Origin: Candidatus Latescibacterota bacterium
GTDB taxonomy: Bacteria; Latescibacterota; UBA2968; UBA8231
NCBI GenBank assembly: GCA_965261395.1
Contig: OZ253462.1
Span: 5,152,001-5,216,000 of the forward strand
DNA: 64,000 nt
Reading direction: 5' to 3'
A program made the translations under genes and the position numbers. The notes beneath the pieces are model-generated. The model had not been told where the DNA came from and made no database searches. It saw only the letters and a list, made by a program, of their open reading frames with translations. The number at the start of each line of letters is the position of its first letter. Within the stretch, counting starts at the first letter, position 1. Below, piece by piece: positions 26,192 to 35,354 of this stretch.

Positions 26192-28153
26192 TTAATAGGC
26201 CATGCCGACGACCCGTTGTGCCCGATCAACTCCTTCGTCCGCTTCCACAGTAAGCCGCAGCAGGTACGTCCCCGGCGGCGCGAGTCGCCCATCGACATCG
26301 CGCCCGTCCCACTCCGCCGTGAACCGGCCGCTGACCTGTTCGCCGCCGTCGATCTGGCCGATCTCGCGCCCTGCCAAATCAAATATCTGGATCGCCACGG
26401 GCGCGGCTTCTACGTTCAGCAAGTCGCACTCGATCTCGACCACGTCGTTAATCCCATCGCCGTTGGGGGTAAAAACGCCGGCCTGCACGCGCAGCCCTTT
26501 GATGCTCTTTTGGGCCAAATCCAGAATATCTACGCTCAAGCGATCGCCCTCTATGAGCGGGTCCGCATCACCGGCCGTCAGCGCCTGCCGCACCTCATGT
26601 GGTTTCTCGCTGTCGAAGACCCGCCCGGCAAAAAGCGTCCCAAATTGGAAGACCTCGGCGCGGAAATCAACCTCGATCCGCTCGCCGGTCCGCGCCGCGT
26701 CGATCCGGGGAATCCCCAATTCAAAGCCTCGCTCGTCCAGCCGCCGGATCTCAAAGTCCACCTCCTCGCCGCTGATCCGCACTGCGTCCACCCCGCCGGG
26801 CAGGCTCGGGGTATCGATTTCAATCGAATCGAAGCCCAAATCCCGGGAATTAAACACTGGGGTCAACACATAGGTAAACGCCGCCGGCTCACCCGCCCGC
26901 ACTGCGCCCGGCGTGATTTCCGCTAGGACTTGGGTCGCAATTGGCGGATCCGACACCGCAAACTGCACGTAGTCGAGTTGACTGCTCCGGTCGCGGATCG
27001 AGTGGAAGTCGGCGCTGAACTGCACGTAGCGACGCGGTTTGTTCGCCTGTATATCTCCCACCCCGGCACTGAAGTCGTAGGCCGGACTCCACGAATCCCA
27101 GTTGCGGGTATCATAAGTAATCCCCGCCTTCTCCCCCTTGTTCAGTTTGGCGTAGCTCTGCCGGGTAAGAGGCCTCCCTTGCTGGTCGAAGGGCGACTTT
27201 TCGTCGCCGCGGAACGTGAAGCGCCAGTAGTTGTTTGGGTCGGGGCTGTCGCCGCTGCGCGTCCGCAGCTCGACGGTGGCCTCTGGATCCTGCCGTCCCG
27301 ACCAAGTCACGGTACCCAGTGCGACCGCCTCTCCTAGGTCAATGATGCTCGAGCGGTAAGTGGCTTCATTGGCGAAGCCGAAGCCGTATATTTCAAACTC
27401 TGCCAGTTCCCAGATCCCGCTCGTATTTTCCGGGGCGTCAAAGAGTAGGCGCTGGACCGGCTCAGAGGGCATGGCCAGCTCCACCACCCCGCTCGAGTTT
27501 TCCTTGATGTCATAGGCGATATCGAAGTCGAAAAAAAAGCCCCGGTGCACGATCGCGTGCTCGCGGGTGCCGTCCTTGAGGGGGTCGCCATCGCTGGTGC
27601 CGACTTTGAATCGCTGGACAAAGCGCTCATTGACGAACTTTTCGCGCGGGAAGAAGCGAATGCGCTGAAGGGTGAATAGGCCGCCGAGGTCGAAGATCCA
27701 GACCTTGGTGTAGATCCATCGTCCCTTGCCCCAGCTCTCATCGAGAGAGCGTCCGCCAAAGAAAATGGATCCCCAAGGCCAGTGGCCGTCGCCTAGATAG
27801 ACGGTTTCGGGGTTGCCGTCGAAGATGAAGCCGTCGTCTTCCTCTAGGTTCTCAGTCCAGCCAGTGTGCGAATGCATGACGAATACGGTGCCGCCGTCCA
27901 ATTCGTAAATTTGCGGTGCGATGTTGACGGCGGGGTCTAGGCGCTGCGGATGGATGAAGTCGGCTTCTACTTCGACCAACTTGATTTGGCCATCGCGGGC
28001 TTCGTCGGCATCGTCCCAAGCCAACGACACGAATTCGTAGGGCGCGTCCAATTCGGGCGGCGGCAGGTTCTGGCCACCGATCCGATAAATCGTCAGCGCC
28101 GGCGCTTGGCTCCAGAAGAAACCGAGGGCCAGCAGAACCAGCGATACCCGCAT
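26192..28153 (-). CDS. Array paralog B3 (653 aa)
   Basis: Same scaffold motifs as B4; FTPNGDGIND; ends VGMAY. Confidence 0.85.
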   Translation of the reverse strand: MRVSLVLLALGFFWSQAPALTIYRIGGQNLPPPELDAPYEFVSLAWDDADEARDGQIKLVEVEADFIHPQRLDPAVNIAPQIYELDGGTVFVMHSHTGWTENLEEDDGFIFDGNPETVYLGDGHWPWGSIFFGGRSLDESWGKGRWIYTKVWIFDLGGLFTLQRIRFFPREKFVNERFVQRFKVGTSDGDPLKDGTREHAIVHRGFFFDFDIAYDIKENSSGVVELAMPSEPVQRLLFDAPENTSGIWELAEFEIYGFGFANEATYRSSIIDLGEAVALGTVTWSGRQDPEATVELRTRSGDSPDPNNYWRFTFRGDEKSPFDQQGRPLTRQSYAKLNKGEKAGITYDTRNWDSWSPAYDFSAGVGDIQANKPRRYVQFSADFHSIRDRSSQLDYVQFAVSDPPIATQVLAEITPGAVRAGEPAAFTYVLTPVFNSRDLGFDSIEIDTPSLPGGVDAVRISGEEVDFEIRRLDERGFELGIPRIDAARTGERIEVDFRAEVFQFGTLFAGRVFDSEKPHEVRQALTAGDADPLIEGDRLSVDILDLAQKSIKGLRVQAGVFTPNGDGINDVVEIECDLLNVEAAPVAIQIFDLAGREIGQIDGGEQVSGRFTAEWDGRDVDGRLAPPGTYLLRLTVEADEGVDRAQRVVGMAY

Positions 28154-28180
28154 AGTACTTCCTCCGCTGAGAGGAGAATC

Positions 28181-30793
28181 CTAATAAGCAACGGCGATGG
28201 TGCGTAGGATTTCGGTGCGGCCAATGCGGGCACCCTCGGTGTCGGTATCGACTCGCACCCGTGCCAGATAGACTCCCGGGGGCACCACCGCCCCCTGCTC
28301 ATCCCGGCCGTCCCACTCCATGCCGTAGATCCCCGTGCTCGTCGGACGATGCTCGGTCAAGCGCCGCACTAGCCGCCCCCGCATGTCGTGGATCAACACT
28401 TCCACCGGACTAGCCCCACCCACCTTGACTACCTGAAAGTGAAACCCCAGCTCGTCGTTGATCCCGTCGCCATTGGGCGTAACCACTCGCGGATCCACTT
28501 CCACCGCCTGCACCAAAGCACCCTCCTGCACCGCCCCCACCAGCGTCGTCGTATTGCTGGCAATGGCTTCCACTGCCTCGCCCGGATCCACCCGTTGCCA
28601 GCCCCCCTCTCCCTCAACACTGTGCTGTAACGATGCCTGCAATACCGCCCCGGTCGAAAACAAGGCCGTTGAAAAATCCAGCCGCACCACCTCCACCTCC
28701 GAAGATGGGCCTATCTCCGAAAACGCCACTTGCAAACTATCGCCGGCGGTGGGGACGACTTCCGCTCCGTCCAAGGCCCAATCGGCTCCCACGTCGGTGG
28801 CCAGTGCCGCCGCCGGACCGCCATATACCCCTTCAAACGCCAAGCGCATATCCGACGGTGCTACTACTAACAACTGATCAAACCCCGGATCGCCGCCGGC
28901 AAACTCTGGGCGCACGTAGAGCGAAAATCGCTGCGGCTGCCCCAACTGCTCCACCGCAAAGGGGGTCACTTCGCCCGACAGCCCCTGCGCGACCGGGTTG
29001 GTAAAATCCAACCGAATCGACCGCAGCGTCGCGCTGTAATCGGGTGCGTCTGACCGTAGCACCGCCCGCACCTCCAAGTACGCCCGCGGCGATGGTGAGG
29101 TAATAGGGCTGCCCTCAGCCACTTCGTAGGGCGCACTCCAGTCGCTCCAGTCCCCACCGGCGACCTCCTCGCCGACAGTGTCGCCGCGAAAAATCGACAG
29201 CAGCTTGTTGTACTCAGCCTCGGAGACTTCGGTGCCGTCTTTTTTGAAATAGCGCAGCACTTCGTCGAGTTGGTTGCCGGTGCGAGTCTGCAAAACTACG
29301 CTAGTCCCCGGCGGCGTATCGGCGTCCCAGGCAATCGACAGCAGATTGCGGCTGTCCCCCAAGCGGATCAAATTGGAAGTCAACACCACCTCCGGGTGAT
29401 ACCCCCGCCCGTAAAGCTGGATCTCCGCTGGCTGGCCGGTGGCTCCGCCGCGGGCCGTGGCACTTTCGACCTGCTCCCAAACCAAGCGAAAGAAGCGCGC
29501 TTTTATCCGCTCGAAATCGTTACCCTCGTAGGCTCCGAATCTGAGATTAGTCTCGCTTTCCCACTTCGACCCCACCGCGGTAGGGGAGGAGGTCTGGCGC
29601 GTCCCCCCAGTGACCCACTTGAGGCTGCCATCCGCTTCGAGACTACCGTCGGAAAAGTCGAGCCGGTAGTCCTTAAATGTCGAGCCACCGTAGGCCATGC
29701 GAAAGGCGTCGATCCAGTAAAAGGCCCCCAAGTCAAAAAAGACGATACCCTCTGGATCTTTGAACGAACCGCGGCCGAAAGAATACAGAAACTGGACCTT
29801 GCTCTCGATCTGGCCGTCAATCAGGTTGTTGATCGCCGCCGTTTGCGTCGCAGTGCCAAACCCACCGCGGGCCAAAGTCCCGGTGAGAATCTCGTCGCCT
29901 TCGGCCCAGACCTCTAATTCGGCCAACCGCGGACGCTCCCGCTGGAAGTAGCGGATCGGCCCCTGCTGCGCGGCGGTTAGCAACTCGTAAATCTCCGACG
30001 GCACCACCGTCTCGCTGCCGTCGGCCTGCTTTTTGTAAAACTCAACGGCCCCCTGATCGCTCGCCGGCAAGGCCTCGTATCGCTCCAAGCTCACCTCCCG
30101 CCCGCGATCAAAGTCACTGCCGGTAATGATGATCTGCAAGAAGCGCATCCCAGTGCCGGCAAAGGTCGGCCCCGAGTTGGTGACTAGCTCAAAAACCCGC
30201 TGTTCCTTGTTGGGCTTTAACGTGCGGAGGATGGTGGTAAACTCGGGCGTGGGCGAACGCTGGTTGCCCTTGGGAATATTGCCCTGTGAGGCCAAGAGGT
30301 CGAACTGGAGGAAGGGATCGCCCAACTCCTCGGCGACGAACTTGAGCACGAGCTTCTTGGCCATCACCAAGCGCCCCAGATCGACGATAAACCACCACTG
30401 AGTGCTCAGATCCAGCTCCTCGGTCGGCGGGTCAGGCTCCCAATAGGTAGTCATATCACCGTCGAAAAGATTTTCCACGCCAGCTACATTGGAGCGGGCA
30501 CCGCCTAGTAGGGCGTCGGCGAGGACGATGTCTTCTGGATCTTTCTTGAGGCCCTTAGGCGGACGCGCCTGCAAGTTGGCGACGATGTCGCCGACGGCAT
30601 TGATATCGCGCCGCAGACTCCGGGGTTGTACCGTCCCGCTGCTCCCTAGTTCCAGCACCCCCGGCGGAAAGTTCCAGTTTTGCCAGTGAGCGCGCCTGTC
30701 AACCACCACTTGATCCGCGGTTATCCGGTATCCCGATTGGGCGAACGCAGTGCCGGCGATCAGCATGGCTAGGACCAAAGAGCGATTCATCAT
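28181..30793 (-). CDS. Array paralog A2 (~870 aa)
   Basis: Start MMNRSLV after GAGGGAG; alignable by eye over full length with A1/A3; ends IAVAY. Confidence 0.85.
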   Translation of the reverse strand: MMNRSLVLAMLIAGTAFAQSGYRITADQVVVDRRAHWQNWNFPPGVLELGSSGTVQPRSLRRDINAVGDIVANLQARPPKGLKKDPEDIVLADALLGGARSNVAGVENLFDGDMTTYWEPDPPTEELDLSTQWWFIVDLGRLVMAKKLVLKFVAEELGDPFLQFDLLASQGNIPKGNQRSPTPEFTTILRTLKPNKEQRVFELVTNSGPTFAGTGMRFLQIIITGSDFDRGREVSLERYEALPASDQGAVEFYKKQADGSETVVPSEIYELLTAAQQGPIRYFQRERPRLAELEVWAEGDEILTGTLARGGFGTATQTAAINNLIDGQIESKVQFLYSFGRGSFKDPEGIVFFDLGAFYWIDAFRMAYGGSTFKDYRLDFSDGSLEADGSLKWVTGGTRQTSSPTAVGSKWESETNLRFGAYEGNDFERIKARFFRLVWEQVESATARGGATGQPAEIQLYGRGYHPEVVLTSNLIRLGDSRNLLSIAWDADTPPGTSVVLQTRTGNQLDEVLRYFKKDGTEVSEAEYNKLLSIFRGDTVGEEVAGGDWSDWSAPYEVAEGSPITSPSPRAYLEVRAVLRSDAPDYSATLRSIRLDFTNPVAQGLSGEVTPFAVEQLGQPQRFSLYVRPEFAGGDPGFDQLLVVAPSDMRLAFEGVYGGPAAALATDVGADWALDGAEVVPTAGDSLQVAFSEIGPSSEVEVVRLDFSTALFSTGAVLQASLQHSVEGEGGWQRVDPGEAVEAIASNTTTLVGAVQEGALVQAVEVDPRVVTPNGDGINDELGFHFQVVKVGGASPVEVLIHDMRGRLVRRLTEHRPTSTGIYGMEWDGRDEQGAVVPPGVYLARVRVDTDTEGARIGRTEILRTIAVAY

Positions 30794-30803
30794 TATGCTC
30801 CCT

Positions 30804-33404
30804 CTAGTAGGCAACGGCGATGGTGCGGAAAATTTCGGCATTGCCCACCTGGGATCCCTCGGTATCGGTGTCCACGCGCAGTCGCGCTAGATAGACCCCT
30901 GGTGGAACGACTTTGTCCTGTCCGTCGCGGCCATCCCAAGCGATCCAGTACGACCCCGTGCTCAACTCCCGCTGCTCGACCAGCCGCCGCACCAGCCGCC
31001 CTTGCAGATCGTAAATGAGCACCTCCACCGGACTATCATCGCCCACCTTGACCACCGCAAAGCGGAACGACGTCTCGTCGTTGATTCCATCGCTGTTGGG
31101 CGAAAACGCCGCTGGCACCACTGACACCGCTTGTACCAAAGGCCCAGACTCGACTTTTCCCACTAGGGTTGTCGTATTGCTGACGACCTCCGCGACTGCC
31201 TCACCCGGATCTACCCGCTGCCAGCTTCCAACTCCCAATTCGCTGTGCTGCAACGACGCCTGCATCACCGCCCCGGTCGAAAACAGCGCGGTCGAAAAGT
31301 CCAACCGCATCACCTCAACCCCCGAATCAGGCCCCAGCGGCGAAAACGCTACCTGCAAACTGTCGCTTGAAGTAGGCACGACGTCAGCAGCGAGAGCCGT
31401 CCCAGCCGTCTCCCCGGCCGCTAGCTCGGCCGCTGTACCACTATAAAGTCCCTCAAAGCGCAGATTCATGTCGGCGGGAGCGATCAAAAGCAACTGATCG
31501 AAGCCGGGGTCGCCGCGGGCGAAGTCCGGGCGTACGTAAAAGGAAAAACGCTGTTTTTCGCCGAGGTTCTCGACCTCGAAAGGAACAACTTCGCCGACGA
31601 GCTCTTGCGCGACCGGATTGGTAAAGTTGAGCCGGATCGAGCGCAGCGTCGCACTGACTTCTGGATCGTCCGATAGCAGGACCGCGCGGATCTCGAGAAA
31701 TTCGCGCGGACTAGGCGAAGTAATCGGGCTGCCACTGGCGTCTTCGTAGGGCGCACTCCAGTCGCTCCAATCTGCGCCAGCCACCTCCTCGCCGACAGTG
31801 TCGCCACGAAAGATCGACAGCAGCTTGTTGTATTCGGCCTCGGTGACTTCGGTGCCGTCCTTTTTGAAGTAGCGCAGCACTTCGTCGAGTTCGTTGCCGG
31901 TGCGGGTCTGCAAAACTACGCTGGTGCCAGGAGGCACGTCGGCGTCCCACTCGATGGAGGACAAGTTGCGGCTGCCGCCCAAGCGCACCAAGTCGGACGT
32001 CAGGGTTACTTCTGGCTGAAAGCCCCGCCCGTAGAGCTGAATCTCGGCTGGCTGGCCGGAGCCGCCGCCAAAGCCACCGCCCGCCTCGAACTGCTTCCAG
32101 ACGAGATGGAAGAAGCGCGCCTTAATCCGCTTGAAGTTGTTGCCTTCGTAGAGGCCGAAACCCAACCCCTGACTGCTGCCATAGTCGCTGTTTTCTGTGC
32201 GATTGACCGCGACCGACCACTTGAGGCTGCCGTCGGCTTCGAGGCTGCCGTCGGAAAAGTCCAGATGGTAGGCTTGAAAGGCCCCGCCAGCGTAGGCGAT
32301 GCGGAAGGCGTCGATCCAGTAGAAGGCCCCTAAATCGAACAAGACCCCGCCCTCTGGGGATTTCAGCGATCCCCGGCCGAAGAGGGTGATAAATTGGACC
32401 CTGCTTTCGATCTCGCCGTCGATCATGTTGCTGATTGAGGCCGTCTGCGTCGCCGTACCGGAACCACCGCGCTCCAGCATCTCGGAGAGGATCTCGTCGC
32501 CTTCGGCCAGAATCTCCAACTCCGCCAGCCGCGGACGCTCCTTGCGGTAGTAGCGGATCGCGCCTCGGCGGTCGGCATCGAGGCGGTCGAAAACTTTCTG
32601 CTCCACTAGGGTCTCGCGGCCCCCAGCGAGTTTTTTGAAGTAGTCGATCGCCCCCTGCTCTCCTGCCGGCAGGGCCTCGTACTCGGCTTGGCTCAGCTCC
32701 CGACCGCGGTCGAAATCGCTGCCGGTCACCACGATCTGCACGAAGCGGAGGCCGGTGCCGGCGAAATCATCTCCCAACTGGTCCATGTCGATCTCGAAGA
32801 CGCGCTGTTCTTTGTTGGGCCGCAAGGTGCGCAACAGTGTGCTGAACTCTGGCAGCGGCGAGCGCTGGTTGCCCTTGGGCTTGTTGCCCTGTGAGGCCAG
32901 TACATCGAACTGCAAAAATGGATCTCCCAAATCCTCGGCGACGAATTTGAGTACGATCTTCTTGGCGATCGCCAACCGGCCCAAGTCAACGACGAACCAC
33001 CACTGCGAAGCGAGGTCGGACTCCCCGCTCGCCGAGGCTGGTTCCCAGTAGGTCGTCAAATCTCCATCAAAAATATTGGGCACCGCGGCGATATTCGCCG
33101 TGGCCCCGCCCTGTACCGCGTCGAGTGGAACGATGTCTTCGGGGTCTTTTTTGATTCTTTCTGGGGGACGCAAACGCAGGTAATCAACGATATCCTGCAC
33201 CGCATTGATGTCGCGGCGGACGTTCTGGGGCCGCACCGAGCCATCGGCACCTAGTTCCAGCACCCCCGGTGGAAAGCTCCAGTTCTGCCAGTGGGCGCGG
33301 CTATTGACGACTACCTGACTCGCCGTCACTCGATGCCCGGATTGAGCCGAGACGCCCACTGCCCAACCAAGCACTAATAAGACGCTGATACGCTGCATAC
33401 CCAT
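30804..33404 (-). CDS. Array paralog A1 (866 aa)
   Basis: Signal peptide; class A scaffold; FSPNSDGIND; ends IAVAY. Confidence 0.85.
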   Translation of the reverse strand: MGMQRISVLLVLGWAVGVSAQSGHRVTASQVVVNSRAHWQNWSFPPGVLELGADGSVRPQNVRRDINAVQDIVDYLRLRPPERIKKDPEDIVPLDAVQGGATANIAAVPNIFDGDLTTYWEPASASGESDLASQWWFVVDLGRLAIAKKIVLKFVAEDLGDPFLQFDVLASQGNKPKGNQRSPLPEFSTLLRTLRPNKEQRVFEIDMDQLGDDFAGTGLRFVQIVVTGSDFDRGRELSQAEYEALPAGEQGAIDYFKKLAGGRETLVEQKVFDRLDADRRGAIRYYRKERPRLAELEILAEGDEILSEMLERGGSGTATQTASISNMIDGEIESRVQFITLFGRGSLKSPEGGVLFDLGAFYWIDAFRIAYAGGAFQAYHLDFSDGSLEADGSLKWSVAVNRTENSDYGSSQGLGFGLYEGNNFKRIKARFFHLVWKQFEAGGGFGGGSGQPAEIQLYGRGFQPEVTLTSDLVRLGGSRNLSSIEWDADVPPGTSVVLQTRTGNELDEVLRYFKKDGTEVTEAEYNKLLSIFRGDTVGEEVAGADWSDWSAPYEDASGSPITSPSPREFLEIRAVLLSDDPEVSATLRSIRLNFTNPVAQELVGEVVPFEVENLGEKQRFSFYVRPDFARGDPGFDQLLLIAPADMNLRFEGLYSGTAAELAAGETAGTALAADVVPTSSDSLQVAFSPLGPDSGVEVMRLDFSTALFSTGAVMQASLQHSELGVGSWQRVDPGEAVAEVVSNTTTLVGKVESGPLVQAVSVVPAAFSPNSDGINDETSFRFAVVKVGDDSPVEVLIYDLQGRLVRRLVEQRELSTGSYWIAWDGRDGQDKVVPPGVYLARLRVDTDTEGSQVGNAEIFRTIAVAY

Positions 33405-33407
33405 CTT

Positions 33408-35354
33408 TCAGTAGGCTAAAACGACAACGCGCTGGCGTGCTTCTTTACCTTGGTCGCTTTCTACTTCCAGCCGCAGCAGGTATAATCCCGGCACAGCCAC
33501 CGACCCGTCCGCTAACTTCCCGTCCCAGCGCAGCGCGACCCGGCCGCTCGCCGCCGTGCCCCGATCCACCGCTCCGATCCACCGCCCTGACAAGTCGTAC
33601 AAGTCCAACATCACTGGCACGGCACCAAAAAGGTTCAACAACTCGTATTCGATCTCAAGGGCGTCGTTGATGCCATCGCCGTTGGGCGTAAACACCGATG
33701 AGGATAGCTTGAGCGCGTTGACTGCTTTCTCTCCGACCTCGGCTAACTCCACGCTCAGGGTATTGCTATCGATCAGCGGGTCAGCATCGCCCGGGGTTAA
33801 CGCCTGCCGCACCTCAAAGGGCTTTTCGCTATCGGAGATCCGGCCAGTGAACACCGTTCCAAACTTGAACACTTCCACGGCGAAATCTACCTCGATCCGT
33901 TCGCTGGTTTGCTGCACGTCCATCCGTGGGATTTTGAGGACAAAGCCGGCGGCGTCCGAGTGTACGACCTCAAAGCCAACTTCCTGGCCGGCGATTCGCA
34001 CGCCGTCGATGCTGACCACTTCGACTGGTGTCTCAATCTCGATGGTGTCAAATCCCAAATCTTCGCGCTCGAATTGCGGCAGAATACTATAGGTAAATTG
34101 GGTGATGTCCCCGGCTTGGGCACTCGGCGGCGAAATTTCGGCCAACACTTGCGTCGCTACTGGCGGGTCCGAGATGCTAAACTGCAAGAAATCTAGCTGC
34201 CCACCAGCGTTCTTCTGCGCGGTGAAATCGGCTTTGAGCTGTACGTAGCGACGCGGTTTGTCGGCTTGCATCGCCCCCGAACCGGCCGCAAAGGCGTAGG
34301 CCTGACTCCAAGACTCCCAGTTCTGGGTATCGGGCGTGATCCCGGCCTTCTCGCCTTTGTTGAGCCGGTCGTAGGCTCGGGCCGTAAGCGGCTGGCCCTT
34401 GGCATCAAAGCGGCTCTGCTCGTCGCCGCGGAAGGTGAAGCGCCAATAGATGCTCGGGTCTAGCACGTCGCCACTGCGCATCACTAAGTCGATCTGGGCA
34501 CCAGTATTGACTTCGCCCGACCAACTCAAGTCGCCCAAGGCCACCGGCTTACCCAAATCGATAATGTTACTAGTATAATTGGAAAGGGGCGCAAAACCCG
34601 AACCGTAGAGCTCCAGCTCGGCCAATTCCCAAATCCCCCGCGTATTCTCCGGTGCCCGGAAGAGCAACTTGCGGATCGGCTCGTCGGGCATCTTCAACTC
34701 AATGACCGGCTGCGTATTGTCGCGAATATTGTGAATCACATCGAAGGGCACATAATCGCCCCGCGCCCCAGCCTGCAGTTCCCGCTGTGGATCCTTGAGC
34801 GGATCGCCGTCGCTGGTGCCGATAATGAAGCGCTCGACAAAGCGATCGGTCAGGTGGCTGGGCCGCGGGTAAAACTTGACCCGGTCGATAAAAAACAGCC
34901 CGCCAAAATCGAAGATCAGGTTTTTGGTATTCGGCCCATGCGAGGCGAAATGACCGTCTCCCAGATAGGCCGTATTGGGATCCTCGTCCCAAATAAGCTC
35001 ATCGTCGTCGTCGAACCCTCCCCAGCCGATCCAAGTCAGGTAGAGGATATCGCCGAGAAAATCGGCCTGCGGCAGAAGTGGTGTCAGATTGACTGTGGGG
35101 TCGAGTTGCCGCGGCGCGATGTGGCTGCCGGACACTGCTAGCAAGTTGATACTACCGTGCAAATCCTCGTCGGTATCGGCCCAATCGATCTGCACGAACT
35201 CCACCCCCTCAACCGATGCCAGCTCCGGCGCGGGTAGGTCGGCACCCCCGATTCGGTAGATGGTTAGAGCACCCAGATTGCCTGCTCCAACCGCCAGCGA
35301 CCCCACCGCCCACAATGCGACTATGTACCTCATCTGGCTCATCCCCATCCTCAA
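33408..35354 (-). CDS. Array paralog B2 (~641-648 aa; exact start uncertain)
   Basis: Class B scaffold, N-terminal half closest to B4; ends VVLAY. Confidence 0.85.
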   Translation of the reverse strand: MRMGMSQMRYIVALWAVGSLAVGAGNLGALTIYRIGGADLPAPELASVEGVEFVQIDWADTDEDLHGSINLLAVSGSHIAPRQLDPTVNLTPLLPQADFLGDILYLTWIGWGGFDDDDELIWDEDPNTAYLGDGHFASHGPNTKNLIFDFGGLFFIDRVKFYPRPSHLTDRFVERFIIGTSDGDPLKDPQRELQAGARGDYVPFDVIHNIRDNTQPVIELKMPDEPIRKLLFRAPENTRGIWELAELELYGSGFAPLSNYTSNIIDLGKPVALGDLSWSGEVNTGAQIDLVMRSGDVLDPSIYWRFTFRGDEQSRFDAKGQPLTARAYDRLNKGEKAGITPDTQNWESWSQAYAFAAGSGAMQADKPRRYVQLKADFTAQKNAGGQLDFLQFSISDPPVATQVLAEISPPSAQAGDITQFTYSILPQFEREDLGFDTIEIETPVEVVSIDGVRIAGQEVGFEVVHSDAAGFVLKIPRMDVQQTSERIEVDFAVEVFKFGTVFTGRISDSEKPFEVRQALTPGDADPLIDSNTLSVELAEVGEKAVNALKLSSSVFTPNGDGINDALEIEYELLNLFGAVPVMLDLYDLSGRWIGAVDRGTAASGRVALRWDGKLADGSVAVPGLYLLRLEVESDQGKEARQRVVVLAY